In this document: positions 1 through 8,031 of the stretch, piece after piece | Layout: every line of letters starts with the position of its first letter | Position numbering within the stretch: the first letter of the stretch is position 1 | Assembly (NCBI GenBank): GCA_038217285.1 | Contig: JBBQPO010000084.1 | Coordinates: forward strand, 1 to 20,888 | DNA: 20,888 nt | Reading direction: 5' to 3' | DNA from: Chthonomonadales bacterium | Lineage (GTDB): Bacteria; Armatimonadota; Chthonomonadetes; Chthonomonadales; Chthonomonadaceae | Translations under genes and position numbers: made by a program | Notes under the pieces: generated by a model | What the model was told of the DNA's origin: nothing | What the model saw: the letters and a program-made list of their open reading frames with translations, nothing else | Databases searched by the model: none

Positions 1-1874
1 TTCCACCAGGAGGTTTTCACCTCGTTGTAGGGATCGGAGCCGCCGAAATAGATCAGACTGCCGCCGCGCCGCACCCAGTCGGTCAGGCTCGCCTGCGTCC
101 GCGCGTCCGGTGGCTTCTGATAGTCGTAGGAGAGCAGCAGCGTTCGAAACACCGCCAGATAGCCGGGGTCCGCCGCCCGGTCCAACGAGACCGCCTGCAC
201 AGGCACGCCGCGCTGCAGCAGGGGCAGCGTCAGCCCGAAAAACCCGTCCAGATCGCTGACCGCTGGGACGGCCCGCTGCAACTGCATCGAGTCGGAGCAG
301 AAGACCCCGATATTGGCATCCGTGGCGACATTTCCACCGCGCACCGGGTGATTGTGCATATCCTGCAGCGCGGCGATGGCCGTATTGATCTCCGTGGCGT
401 ACTCCGGCGGAATATGGCCGTAGACCCGCGTCGGCCAGGGCATCACCTCATAGGAGTCCACGTCAGGGAAGAAGAGCGAGGCGATCAGCGTCTCTTCGTA
501 GTGGCTCTTATAGTCGGACTGACTGCGCGTCGGATCGTCTTCGAGCGGATCGGCGAGGAACCAGAGCCGTTTGTTGGTCCCGCGCAGCAACTGGGCCAGC
601 GAGGAGTATTCCAGGAAGGCGGTCGAGAAGGTGCGGTCGCTGCGGATGCCGGAGTAGCGCACCGGAGTTCGTGCCGTCCCGGTCCAGACCTGCCCGATCA
701 CGTCCTGCACGAGCGGCGAGCTGGTGATGCGGTACTGCGGACAGACGATGCCCCACTGCGCGTAGTTGAGCGGGCTGTGCAGCGCGACCATACGGCGCAC
801 ATCGAGCCGGTTCGCATAGGGCTGCAACTGCGCCAGGACATGGTCGGTCTCCAGGGAGGCCATCAGTTGTCCGGCCTGCCAACGCGCGTCGATACTGCTG
901 TCGGGCGCCTGCCAGGGCGCTCCGAACTTCTGCTGCCACTCCCGTCGAAACGCCGGCTCGTAGCCTGCTCGCGCGAAATACTCCGGCTCCTCCGGACAGA
1001 CGCCGCTGCTGCCATTGAGGATGGCCTGGGCGTACCGCTGCGCCTCGATGGCGCTGTGTTCCGGCGTCGGGTTCAGATAGAAACTGGACTCGATCGCCAG
1101 AGGGTTGTTGGCGGAGTCGCGCTGCACCTCATCGGGGTGCAGCGTTGCGTACTCCTTGCCTTCCCGCGAGCCGCCCATCGTCCAGACACCATAGCCGCGC
1201 GACTTCCACCCGGCGATGACCGCCGCGTCCGAATTATAGACGAGCACGGTATCGGTCTGAAGGTCGAAGGTGGGGTTCAGCGCATCGCCGCTCTGAGTGG
1301 TAGTATAGGGGCGAACCAGGGGAGGAGAGACGTAGGGATGCGCCGTAGAGGGCAGACCGGCCGTCATCCATCGCGCGATCTGATCGGGCAGGCCGTCCCC
1401 GTTGCTGTCGGCCTGCTGTTCCACAAACCGCACCTGCTGCACGGAGATCAGGCCCGTCTTCGCGCTGATGACGATGCCCACGCGGCTGCCCAGCGGCGTG
1501 GTATTGGGAACCGTGAAGGCCACATCTATCGTGTTGCCGACGCCCTTGCCGACAGAAGCGCTCCAGGGCTTGCCGTCCGGCCCGGTCACGACCACGCCAG
1601 GCAGCGGCTCGTCTACTTTCTCCGGCAGGGTCAGCCGGAGCAGGCAGGTCTCCCCCGGCGCGACCGGAAAACTATACGCCCAGAACTGCCCGATGTCGGC
1701 ATGCCGCGCCCCCTCCGACACCACCGAGCCTTCGTTTTTGAACAGAAACGGCAGTTCGGCAGCCGTCCCCGGCGTAAAAACCGTCGCGTAAGGAACCAGC
1801 GGTGGCGCGGCTAAGCCTCCTCCTCCAACTCCCAATAACGCTGCCACTCCCAGTAGTCCCCATCTGAACTTCAT
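1..1874 (-). CDS. Large secreted protein, glycoside-hydrolase-like (3' end outside window)
   Basis: Manual minus-strand translation from the ATG at 1874 (GGAGG RBS upstream): MKFRWGLLGVAALLGVGGGGLAAPPLVP... signal peptide; DSNGDGLPD Ca-binding-like motif; PEEPEYFARAGY; VIGQVWTGTARTP; C-terminal LLLSYDYQKP...WVRRGGSLIYFGG resembling the GATase-like domain of GH42-type enzymes. Frame appears open to base 1. The + strand 348..1814 ORF is its antisense shadow. Confidence 0.8.
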   Translation of the reverse strand, partial: MKFRWGLLGVAALLGVGGGGLAAPPLVPYATVFTPGTAAELPFLFKNEGSVVSEGARHADIGQFWAYSFPVAPGETCLLRLTLPEKVDEPLPGVVVTGPDGKPWSASVGKGVGNTIDVAFTVPNTTPLGSRVGIVISAKTGLISVQQVRFVEQQADSNGDGLPDQIARWMTAGLPSTAHPYVSPPLVRPYTTTQSGDALNPTFDLQTDTVLVYNSDAAVIAGWKSRGYGVWTMGGSREGKEYATLHPDEVQRDSANNPLAIESSFYLNPTPEHSAIEAQRYAQAILNGSSGVCPEEPEYFARAGYEPAFRREWQQKFGAPWQAPDSSIDARWQAGQLMASLETDHVLAQLQPYANRLDVRRMVALHSPLNYAQWGIVCPQYRITSSPLVQDVIGQVWTGTARTPVRYSGIRSDRTFSTAFLEYSSLAQLLRGTNKRLWFLADPLEDDPTRSQSDYKSHYEETLIASLFFPDVDSYEVMPWPTRVYGHIPPEYATEINTAIAALQDMHNHPVRGGNVATDANIGVFCSDSMQLQRAVPAVSDLDGFFGLTLPLLQRGVPVQAVSLDRAADPGYLAVFRTLLLSYDYQKPPDARTQASLTDWVRRGGSLIYFGGSDPYNEVKTSWW

Positions 1875-2058
1875 GGTCACGCCTCCCAAACCAAAAGCAG
1901 TGCTGCCCGTCAGAAACGGACAGCACTTCATTCTACCCGATACGGCCACGAACAGGAAGAGTGACCCTGTGTTCACGCGGTCAAGGGAGGAATCAGAACC
2001 GTCTGCAGCGGAAATACTCTCGGTTCTAAAGCAGACACAGGCAAGTCAGGAGATACCC

Positions 2059-2385
2059 ATGGCGACGATCATTATCCACTATACGCTCAAAGAAGGCGTA
2101 ACCCAGGAGCAGTACGAAAACTGGACCCGCAGCACCGACTATCCCGCAATGCGTGGTCTGACCCGCGTCAAGTCGTTTGTGAACTATCGTGTCGTCAAGC
2201 CGCTCTTCGGAGAGGGGAAGCCGAGCGTAAACTATGTCGAGTTTTTCGACATCCCTGATCTGGCAGGCTTTCTTCAGGAAGATATGGGCGGTTCGGTGGT
2301 TCAGAAGATCATGGGAGAGTTCATGCAGTACGCCGAGAACCCGGAATTCCTTGTCGCCGAAGCCGTCACGGACACTCCGGCGTAG
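2059..2385 (+). CDS. HapK/REDY-like dimeric alpha-beta barrel protein (108 aa)
   Basis: Start MATIIIHYTLKEGVTQEQYENWTRSTDYP after AGGAG RBS; pattern xLKxGV...YExW.R.TDYP...YVEFFDI recalls the HapK family. ATG 2059 preferred over 1873, which overlaps the divergent gene start. Confidence 0.7.
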   Translation: MATIIIHYTLKEGVTQEQYENWTRSTDYPAMRGLTRVKSFVNYRVVKPLFGEGKPSVNYVEFFDIPDLAGFLQEDMGGSVVQKIMGEFMQYAENPEFLVAEAVTDTPA

Positions 2386-2417
2386 CGCAAGATAGGAGAA
2401 AAAATGCAAGGAAACTG

Positions 2418-2426
2418 TGTTATACT
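2418..2426 (+). promoter_or_regulatory. Putative extended -10 promoter for the ATPase/RloB cassette
   Basis: TGTTATACT matches TGnTATAAT with one mismatch, ~140 bp upstream of ATG 2566. Confidence 0.4.
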
Positions 2427-2565
2427 TAGAGCGCGCAGAAAAACTGCACGCTGTCTGCGATACTGCCAAATAAACCATGGGCTAGATCCGATATGGTATC
2501 CATAGTTCATCACTGATGAGCGTCGCGTCAATCGGACTGACGTCTTCCTCACCGGGAGAGAAACA

Positions 2566-3906
2566 ATGTTAGTCGAGCTCAGAATTGAAAACTATCGTTC
2601 CATTTACAAGGAGCAGGTATTCAGCCTCGTCGCCAGCAAGGATTCAAAGCATCCGGACAATCTCATTGCTGTCGATGGCTTCCATCTGCTGAAGGCCGCA
2701 GGGATCTACGGTAGCAATGCCTCCGGGAAGAGCAATCTGATCAAGGCGGTGCAGTTTATGCAGCAACTGATAGCAGTCTCCGCCACCAGATTGAACGAGG
2801 GTGATCGAATCCAGGGCGCAGTGCCTTTCTTGTTATCCGCAGAGACACGAATGCGTCCCTGTCTCCTGGAAGCGACGTGTGTTGTAGAGGGAAGCGCGTA
2901 CAAATACGGCTTTACCGCAACACAAGAGCGAATCCATGACGAATGGTTGCGCAGTTACACCCTGGATGGCGCGGAGCAGTTATGGTTTGAGAGGCTTTTT
3001 GACACAAAATCGCAAGAGACGCAATGGCATTTCGATGGCCCCTTGCGCGGTCATCAGGAACTGTTGCAGGAGCGGACACGTGACAACAGTCTGATTCTGT
3101 CCACGGGACCACGTGAGAACGTAAAACCCCTAGGTCCGATATTTCAGTGGTTCCGGCAACAGCTTTCGGTATTTGATCTATCCGCCTCGCCCGATTCACT
3201 CAAGTTTCGAACCGCTGAATTATGTCGTAACGATGGCGGTTTAAAGGAGAGAGTAGCGAGGATGCTAAAGGATGCTGACTTTCAAATCGACGGATTTGAC
3301 ATCGGCAGTGAAGCTATAAAGATAGGGAGAACCGAGCCAATTTTTTCTCCTGATGATAGCCAAAGGCCAGAGGTGTCGTTCTTGAACAACATTTTTACGG
3401 CTTTAACTGATTTATCGAAGCAGAATTACCAGGTGCCGAAAGTACAAACACAGCATCTTATGATTGGTTCAGATGATGTGGTTGCATTTGACCTGGAAGA
3501 AGAATCGAACGGCACACAACGACTTTTTGCATTAGCAGCGCCATTTTTGCATGCGCTGGATACTGGAACCGTTATGATGATCGACGAGCTCGATTGCAGT
3601 CTGCATCCGAACCTCACCCGTAAACTGATTGAACTCTTCCAGAGTCCCTCTGCAAACAGTCGTGGAGCGCAACTGATCTTCACCACGCATGACAGTACAC
3701 TTCTCGATCAGAGAATTTTCCGGCGCGATCAGATCTATCTGGTCGAAAAGATGCGTAATCGTGGCTCCGAATACTTCTCGCTCTATGACTTCGAGAACAA
3801 GGACCGCCCACGCAATACGGAGGCGCTCCAACGCAACTATCTCTCCGGTCGGTATGGCGCAGTGCCACAATTCGGTCCGACCTTTGAGGATTTTCAACCG
3901 ACATGA
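2566..3906 (+). CDS. AAA_21 / RloA / AbiLi-like ABC-type ATPase
   Basis: N-terminal IENYRSI; Walker A GSNASGKS; signature-like ESNGTQR; Walker B/D-loop MMIDELDCSLHP; H-loop IFTTHD; family motifs RRDQIYLVEK and YLSGRYGAVP. Confidence 0.9.
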   Translation: MLVELRIENYRSIYKEQVFSLVASKDSKHPDNLIAVDGFHLLKAAGIYGSNASGKSNLIKAVQFMQQLIAVSATRLNEGDRIQGAVPFLLSAETRMRPCLLEATCVVEGSAYKYGFTATQERIHDEWLRSYTLDGAEQLWFERLFDTKSQETQWHFDGPLRGHQELLQERTRDNSLILSTGPRENVKPLGPIFQWFRQQLSVFDLSASPDSLKFRTAELCRNDGGLKERVARMLKDADFQIDGFDIGSEAIKIGRTEPIFSPDDSQRPEVSFLNNIFTALTDLSKQNYQVPKVQTQHLMIGSDDVVAFDLEEESNGTQRLFALAAPFLHALDTGTVMMIDELDCSLHPNLTRKLIELFQSPSANSRGAQLIFTTHDSTLLDQRIFRRDQIYLVEKMRNRGSEYFSLYDFENKDRPRNTEALQRNYLSGRYGAVPQFGPTFEDFQPT

Positions 3907-4574
3907 GTCCGCCGTCAGACAAAGCCCGTAAAGGGAACGGCTCAAGCCCCTTCCCACCAAGACGTCCACATGGCAATCGTCCTGTCAAGACGAGAATATT
4001 GATCGTCGGAGAGGGCCAGGAAACGGAACCCAACTACTTTCGAGGATTGCGGGACGAACCAAGTGTTAAGGAGAGATTCGCCATTACAGTGAAGGGAGCG
4101 CACGGTTTTTCGCAAGATGCGGTCGTGAAGGAGACAATCAAATATAGGGATAGAGGCGATTACGATGAGGTATGGTGCATTATTGATGTTGAGGGAACAT
4201 CCAAGACGGAGCATTTGACTGCAGCTTGTGAACTTGCTGCCGACAATAAAATCACGATGTGGCTATCCAATCCTTCCATTGAGGTCTGGTTTTTGTTGCA
4301 TCTGGTGAAACAGGCACGTCCCTATGCGGATGGCGATGCGGCAGAACAGGAACTGCAAAAGCATTGGTCAAAGCATTTCAGCCATGACTACCAAAAGAGC
4401 GACGATAGCATCTACTTCACACTTCGTCCCCTGCTGGCGACAGCCATCGAAAACGCACAGTGGGTGCTGGAAAAACATCATAGGGCTGCATCAAGTAGAA
4501 ATTGCAACGCGTCCACCGACTTGTATCGCGCCGTTCTCAGACTCATGCCTGACGGTGTGCCAGATCCCTCGTAA
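3903..4574 (+). CDS. RloB-like TOPRIM-domain protein (AbiLii-like)
   Basis: ILIVGEGQETEPNYF, VWCIIDVE, SNPSIEVWFLLH and terminal NASTDLY are typical of RloB; ATGA overlap with the ATPase stop indicates translational coupling. Confidence 0.88.
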   Translation: MSPPSDKARKGNGSSPFPPRRPHGNRPVKTRILIVGEGQETEPNYFRGLRDEPSVKERFAITVKGAHGFSQDAVVKETIKYRDRGDYDEVWCIIDVEGTSKTEHLTAACELAADNKITMWLSNPSIEVWFLLHLVKQARPYADGDAAEQELQKHWSKHFSHDYQKSDDSIYFTLRPLLATAIENAQWVLEKHHRAASSRNCNASTDLYRAVLRLMPDGVPDPS

Positions 4575-4639
4575 AAGATTGGTGCTCTTCGCAAACGGCA
4601 GACGAAGATCGCTGCATGAAACTGTTCCTTGACTATCAT

Positions 4640-4713
4640 TCCCCGCTTCTCTTTCCTAATTCTCCTGCCTTCCTTTCTTCCTGCCTTCCTGCTCTGCCTT
4701 TTTCTTTTTCCTG
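4640..4713 (+). repeat. Pyrimidine-rich low-complexity tract with CCTGCCTTCCT repeats
   Basis: tccccgcttctctttcctaattctcctgccttcctttcttcctgccttcctgctctgcctttttctttttcctg between two convergent stop codons. Confidence 0.75.
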
Positions 4714-5751
4714 TTAGGTGGTCAGGACGATTTTCATAGTGGGGCCGGGGTCGTTTAGGAGTTTATCGAAGGCTTCCTGGCCTTTTGCGAGGGGATAGTT
4801 TATGGTCCAGGGGGAGAGATCGACGTCGCCGGTTTCGATGAGGGCTTTTGAGCGGGCGAAGTCGGCGTCGGTATAGACGAAGGAGCCTTGCAGGCGCAGT
4901 TCGTGGCGAACAATGGTGGTGAAGTCTACGCTGCTCATCACTTCGTGCAGACCGAGGAGCAGGATCTCACCGCCGCGACGAGCGGCCTGGACGGCGGCAG
5001 CGCGGGTGACGGTGTCGCCGTAGGCTTCGATCACGATGTCCGCGCCTTTGCCGCCGAAACTTTCGCGGATGGCGGCGACGGGGTCGGTGTCGCGGGCATT
5101 GATGAGCACATTTGCCCCCAACTGCTTTGCGACGCCCAGGCGTGCGGGGTTGACATCGACGATGGCAATGTCGCGGTAGCCGAGAAGACGTGCGAGGGAG
5201 AGAAGGAGGCAACCCTGCGTTCCTGCCCCGAAGATCGCCAGGGTGCCGAAGTTATGTTGTCGGATGAGGGAGAAAAGGTGGACGCCGTTCGCGAGCGGCT
5301 CGATCATGATGGCGCGTTCATCGGAGAGGCTGTCGGGAACGGGAAAGACATTGGCGGCAGGCGCTTTCGCCCACTCCGCGAAGGTGCCGTCGATGCGGTC
5401 CATGCCGATCAGCTTCCAAGCGGTGCAGACGTTGACGCGGCCCGACTTGCAGGCGTCGCAGGCTCCGCAGGGCATGAAGGGGTTGATGACGACGCGTTGC
5501 CCTTCGCGGAAGGGCCACTCGCTGCCGTTTGGAGGCGCCGTCTGCGGCATGCGGGCGACCGTCGCGACCGTCTCATGCCCCAGCACAAGTCCCGGCTGCC
5601 GGCGCGGGCTGAGCCCCAGAAATCCCACCATGTCGGAGCCGCAGATACCCGTGCCCCGCACCTTCAGCAGCACCTCGTCCGGGGCTAAGATCGGCTCGGG
5701 ACGCTCCTGCATCGTGACACGGCGCAGATCGCTATAGACGAGAGCTTGCAT
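4714..5751 (-). CDS. Zn-dependent medium-chain dehydrogenase (sugar/polyol or threonine dehydrogenase-like)
   Basis: GICGSD, LGHE, structural Zn CGACDACKSGRVNVC, NAD-binding IFGAGTQG; AGGAG RBS. Confidence 0.92.
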   Translation of the reverse strand: MQALVYSDLRRVTMQERPEPILAPDEVLLKVRGTGICGSDMVGFLGLSPRRQPGLVLGHETVATVARMPQTAPPNGSEWPFREGQRVVINPFMPCGACDACKSGRVNVCTAWKLIGMDRIDGTFAEWAKAPAANVFPVPDSLSDERAIMIEPLANGVHLFSLIRQHNFGTLAIFGAGTQGCLLLSLARLLGYRDIAIVDVNPARLGVAKQLGANVLINARDTDPVAAIRESFGGKGADIVIEAYGDTVTRAAAVQAARRGGEILLLGLHEVMSSVDFTTIVRHELRLQGSFVYTDADFARSKALIETGDVDLSPWTINYPLAKGQEAFDKLLNDPGPTMKIVLTT

Positions 5752-5847
5752 GGTTTTCTCCTGACTCGAAAAGAGAGCGGCAATCCTTCGATATCGGATT
5801 GTGCCGATATCCAGTTCACCAGTTCTACCACGGAGACCTGCTCGCCA

Positions 5848-5949
5848 CCCGACATTTCGAGAACAACAAGAGCGATTCGTGCATAGAAAAACCGCTCACG
5901 AAAGGAGCAGCATTTTCTATGCACGAATTTCAAACGTTGTTCGTTCGGG
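5848..5949. other. Long interrupted inverted repeat (rod-like hairpin)
   Basis: Perfect 16-bp stem ATTCGTGCATAGAAAA (5875-5890) / TTTTCTATGCACGAAT (5913-5928); outer stems GAACAAC/GTTGTTC and CCCGA/TCGGG; apical GCTC-a-C-GAAA-G-GAGC. Confidence 0.75.
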
Positions 5950-5986
5950 CGGAAGGCGTCCCTGGGGCCACGGCAAGAAATCGGTT

Positions 5987-6316
5987 TCAGCGCACTTTGT
6001 AACCGATATCGGATACGCTGCCGTCGCGCGGGTTGACGAAGACATGATATTTGAATCGTTGGCTGCTCTTGCCGTGCCGATTGAAAAGTCCCTGGCCCAC
6101 GAGTTCACGCCCATAACGAGTTCTGCGCTGAACTCTGGTCGTTGTAAACCGAATGTCGTAGCGATCATGAGCGTCACGGACTATTCTCTCCCGCAGGACA
6201 CGATGCCCGAGCGTTGCTGCGCTCTCCGCGCGTACTGGGGAACCTGAGAGGCTCAAGGCAAAAATCGCAGGCAACAGAACCGGCAGCCAGCCTATCTTCT
6301 TGACAGAAATTTGCAT
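5987..6316 (-). CDS. Small basic secreted hypothetical protein (109 aa)
   Basis: AGAAAGGA RBS; signal peptide MQISVKKIGWLPVLLPAIFALSLSGSPVRA|ES; Arg-rich mature region. Confidence 0.65.
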   Translation of the reverse strand: MQISVKKIGWLPVLLPAIFALSLSGSPVRAESAATLGHRVLRERIVRDAHDRYDIRFTTTRVQRRTRYGRELVGQGLFNRHGKSSQRFKYHVFVNPRDGSVSDIGYKVR

Positions 6317-6553
6317 GGTCGTTCCTTTCTAACGTCTTCCGAGCAGAAAACAGAGGCTACCCGTGCTGGAACGACTGACCCGGCAGGCGATTAGTTCCCC
6401 AGTTTCCGGCGTACTCTTTGCTCAAAGAGCTGAGAGTACAGATCCGTGTTGATCCTCTAGAACAGACCTGGTCTCCAATGAGAAGTTCCGCAGTCCCTCT
6501 AACACATCTTTCCGGCGCATTATGACGACGTTTGGACGTCTCGAAAACGCGTT

Positions 6554-6584
6554 CGGCCCCTCTCTTTTGCAAGCGGAGGGGCCG
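6554..6584 (-). terminator. GC-rich hairpin downstream of the chaperone operon (terminator or REP-like)
   Basis: CGGCCCCTC...GAGGGGCCG stem ~20 bp past the stop at 6606; no adjacent strong U-tract. Confidence 0.45.
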
Positions 6585-6605
6585 GTAGGATGAGGCGACT
6601 GGAGT

Positions 6606-8027
6606 TTAGAAGCCCAGGCGCGGGCTTTTGATCGGGGAGTGCGTGACCAGCGGGCGGCGAATCAGCTCTCCGTCGCGGTGGTCGAGAATCAGGTCGGTGC
6701 AGATCGCATACTCTTCCAACAGCTCCGTTGCGAAGGTGTCGCTCTCTTCGTCCTTCGGGAACTGCGCGGCGATCTCGTCGGCGATGGTCTGCGGGTCGCG
6801 GGTCTCATCGACGCGGGTCACCGTCTCGGTCGCCTCGTCCACCAGGAAGCGCGTCTCCCACGGCAGATTGCAGGCCTGCGACAGGAAACCGGCGATGTCG
6901 GGAACCAACGGCTGCCGCTCGGTCCAGCGCACATCGAGGGCGAAGACGATGAGTCCGGCCCGCGCCTGCGCCAGATCGATGAACTCCTCTTCGGACTCCA
7001 GAACCAGCACATCGGAAGAGTGCGCCATCACCAGAAGAGAGAGCTCCTCCTCGTTATCGGTATTATCGCCATGCTGATACGGGCGGATATTCTCGGGATC
7101 GATCTCCCACCACTGCGCGAACAGGCGGGCCAGCGGCTCCGAGTTCGGGCCAAGCCAGAGCAGACGGTTGGGAGCGTAGCCTTTGTTGTCCAGCACGGCG
7201 GCGGCGAGGGCGACCACGTAGGCGACATCCTCTTCGCTCGGCTGGAAGAAGATGAACCGCTCGCCAGGCACGTTCTCGTCCGGGTTCGTCTCCAGCAGCA
7301 TACCGCGCGTCTGCACGTAGTGCCAGTCCCGCAGGTCCATCTCTTCGGTCTCATCGAAGTCGCGTACGCGGGCCACCAGGTCCCCAACCTCTTCGCGTAC
7401 GGCTTCCATCCCCGGGAACTGCGCGGCGGCCTCCGGCGGCGCGATCTGATAGACAGCTTCGGCCTCATCGACCTGCCGCAGCAGGGCGTAGCACTCGCCC
7501 ATCTCCAGGATCAGCCAGATCGGCAGGCCGCCGTAGACATCGTTCAGCGCGTGGAAGGCGTTGATGGCGTCCTGGTACGTGCCGAGATCCATGAGACACT
7601 GCGCGTGGTCTACATCGATAGCCTGGCTCAGCTCGTTGATCTCGCCCTTGAGCAGCTCCTTCGCGCGCGCCAGGAACGGACGCGCCACAAACGACTGCTG
7701 CAACTGGAAGAACCGATTGCCGACCTGGAAATAGAGCAGCGCCTCTTCCCGGTTCTCGCGCAACTTCTGGAAGAGCTGCAGCTCTTCGCTCTGCGTGGGA
7801 TCGTTCCCGGTCATCGTTGCCATCGTCGTCAGCAGCTCGATCGTCGTGTCCAGAACCAGGTCTGAGGAGACGTCGGTCTGAAACGCGAAGACCAACTGCT
7901 GGAGCGCGCTCGCAGGGTCGCCTTGCTGCGTGGCGATGGCCATTGCCCGCTCGACAATCTGTTTGACCTCGTCGGAAACCAGCGGGCCGGTCTGTACCGG
8001 ATTGCCATCCGGACCAAGAATTCGCAT
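6606..8027 (-). CDS. Acidic TPR-like protein (473 aa)
   Basis: Likely start MRILGPDGNP at 8027, 4 bp after the rsmE stop; TPR-like helices (LMDLGTYQDAINAF, EMGECYALLRQVDEAEAVY); alpha/beta C-terminal half. The extension to 8333 overlaps rsmE and is rejected. Confidence 0.8.
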   Translation of the reverse strand: MRILGPDGNPVQTGPLVSDEVKQIVERAMAIATQQGDPASALQQLVFAFQTDVSSDLVLDTTIELLTTMATMTGNDPTQSEELQLFQKLRENREEALLYFQVGNRFFQLQQSFVARPFLARAKELLKGEINELSQAIDVDHAQCLMDLGTYQDAINAFHALNDVYGGLPIWLILEMGECYALLRQVDEAEAVYQIAPPEAAAQFPGMEAVREEVGDLVARVRDFDETEEMDLRDWHYVQTRGMLLETNPDENVPGERFIFFQPSEEDVAYVVALAAAVLDNKGYAPNRLLWLGPNSEPLARLFAQWWEIDPENIRPYQHGDNTDNEEELSLLVMAHSSDVLVLESEEEFIDLAQARAGLIVFALDVRWTERQPLVPDIAGFLSQACNLPWETRFLVDEATETVTRVDETRDPQTIADEIAAQFPKDEESDTFATELLEEYAICTDLILDHRDGELIRRPLVTHSPIKSPRLGF

Positions 8028-8031
8028 AATG

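Noticed and set aside
348-1814. 488-aa + strand ORF
   Set aside because: Antisense shadow of the minus-strand secreted protein; Arg-rich and motif-free.
2405-4626. TGCAAGGAAACTGT / TGCATGAAACTGT as direct repeats bounding the defence cassette
   Set aside because: Short, gapped similarity compatible with chance; no recombinase nearby.
5875-5928. SRP (4.5S) RNA call for the long hairpin
   Set aside because: Only the 3' half of the domain IV motif is similar and the conserved CAGG is absent; kept as an unassigned structure.
6411-6439. Small hairpin GTACTCT...AGAGTAC upstream of the small secreted gene
   Set aside because: Short and without supporting context; no function can be assigned.
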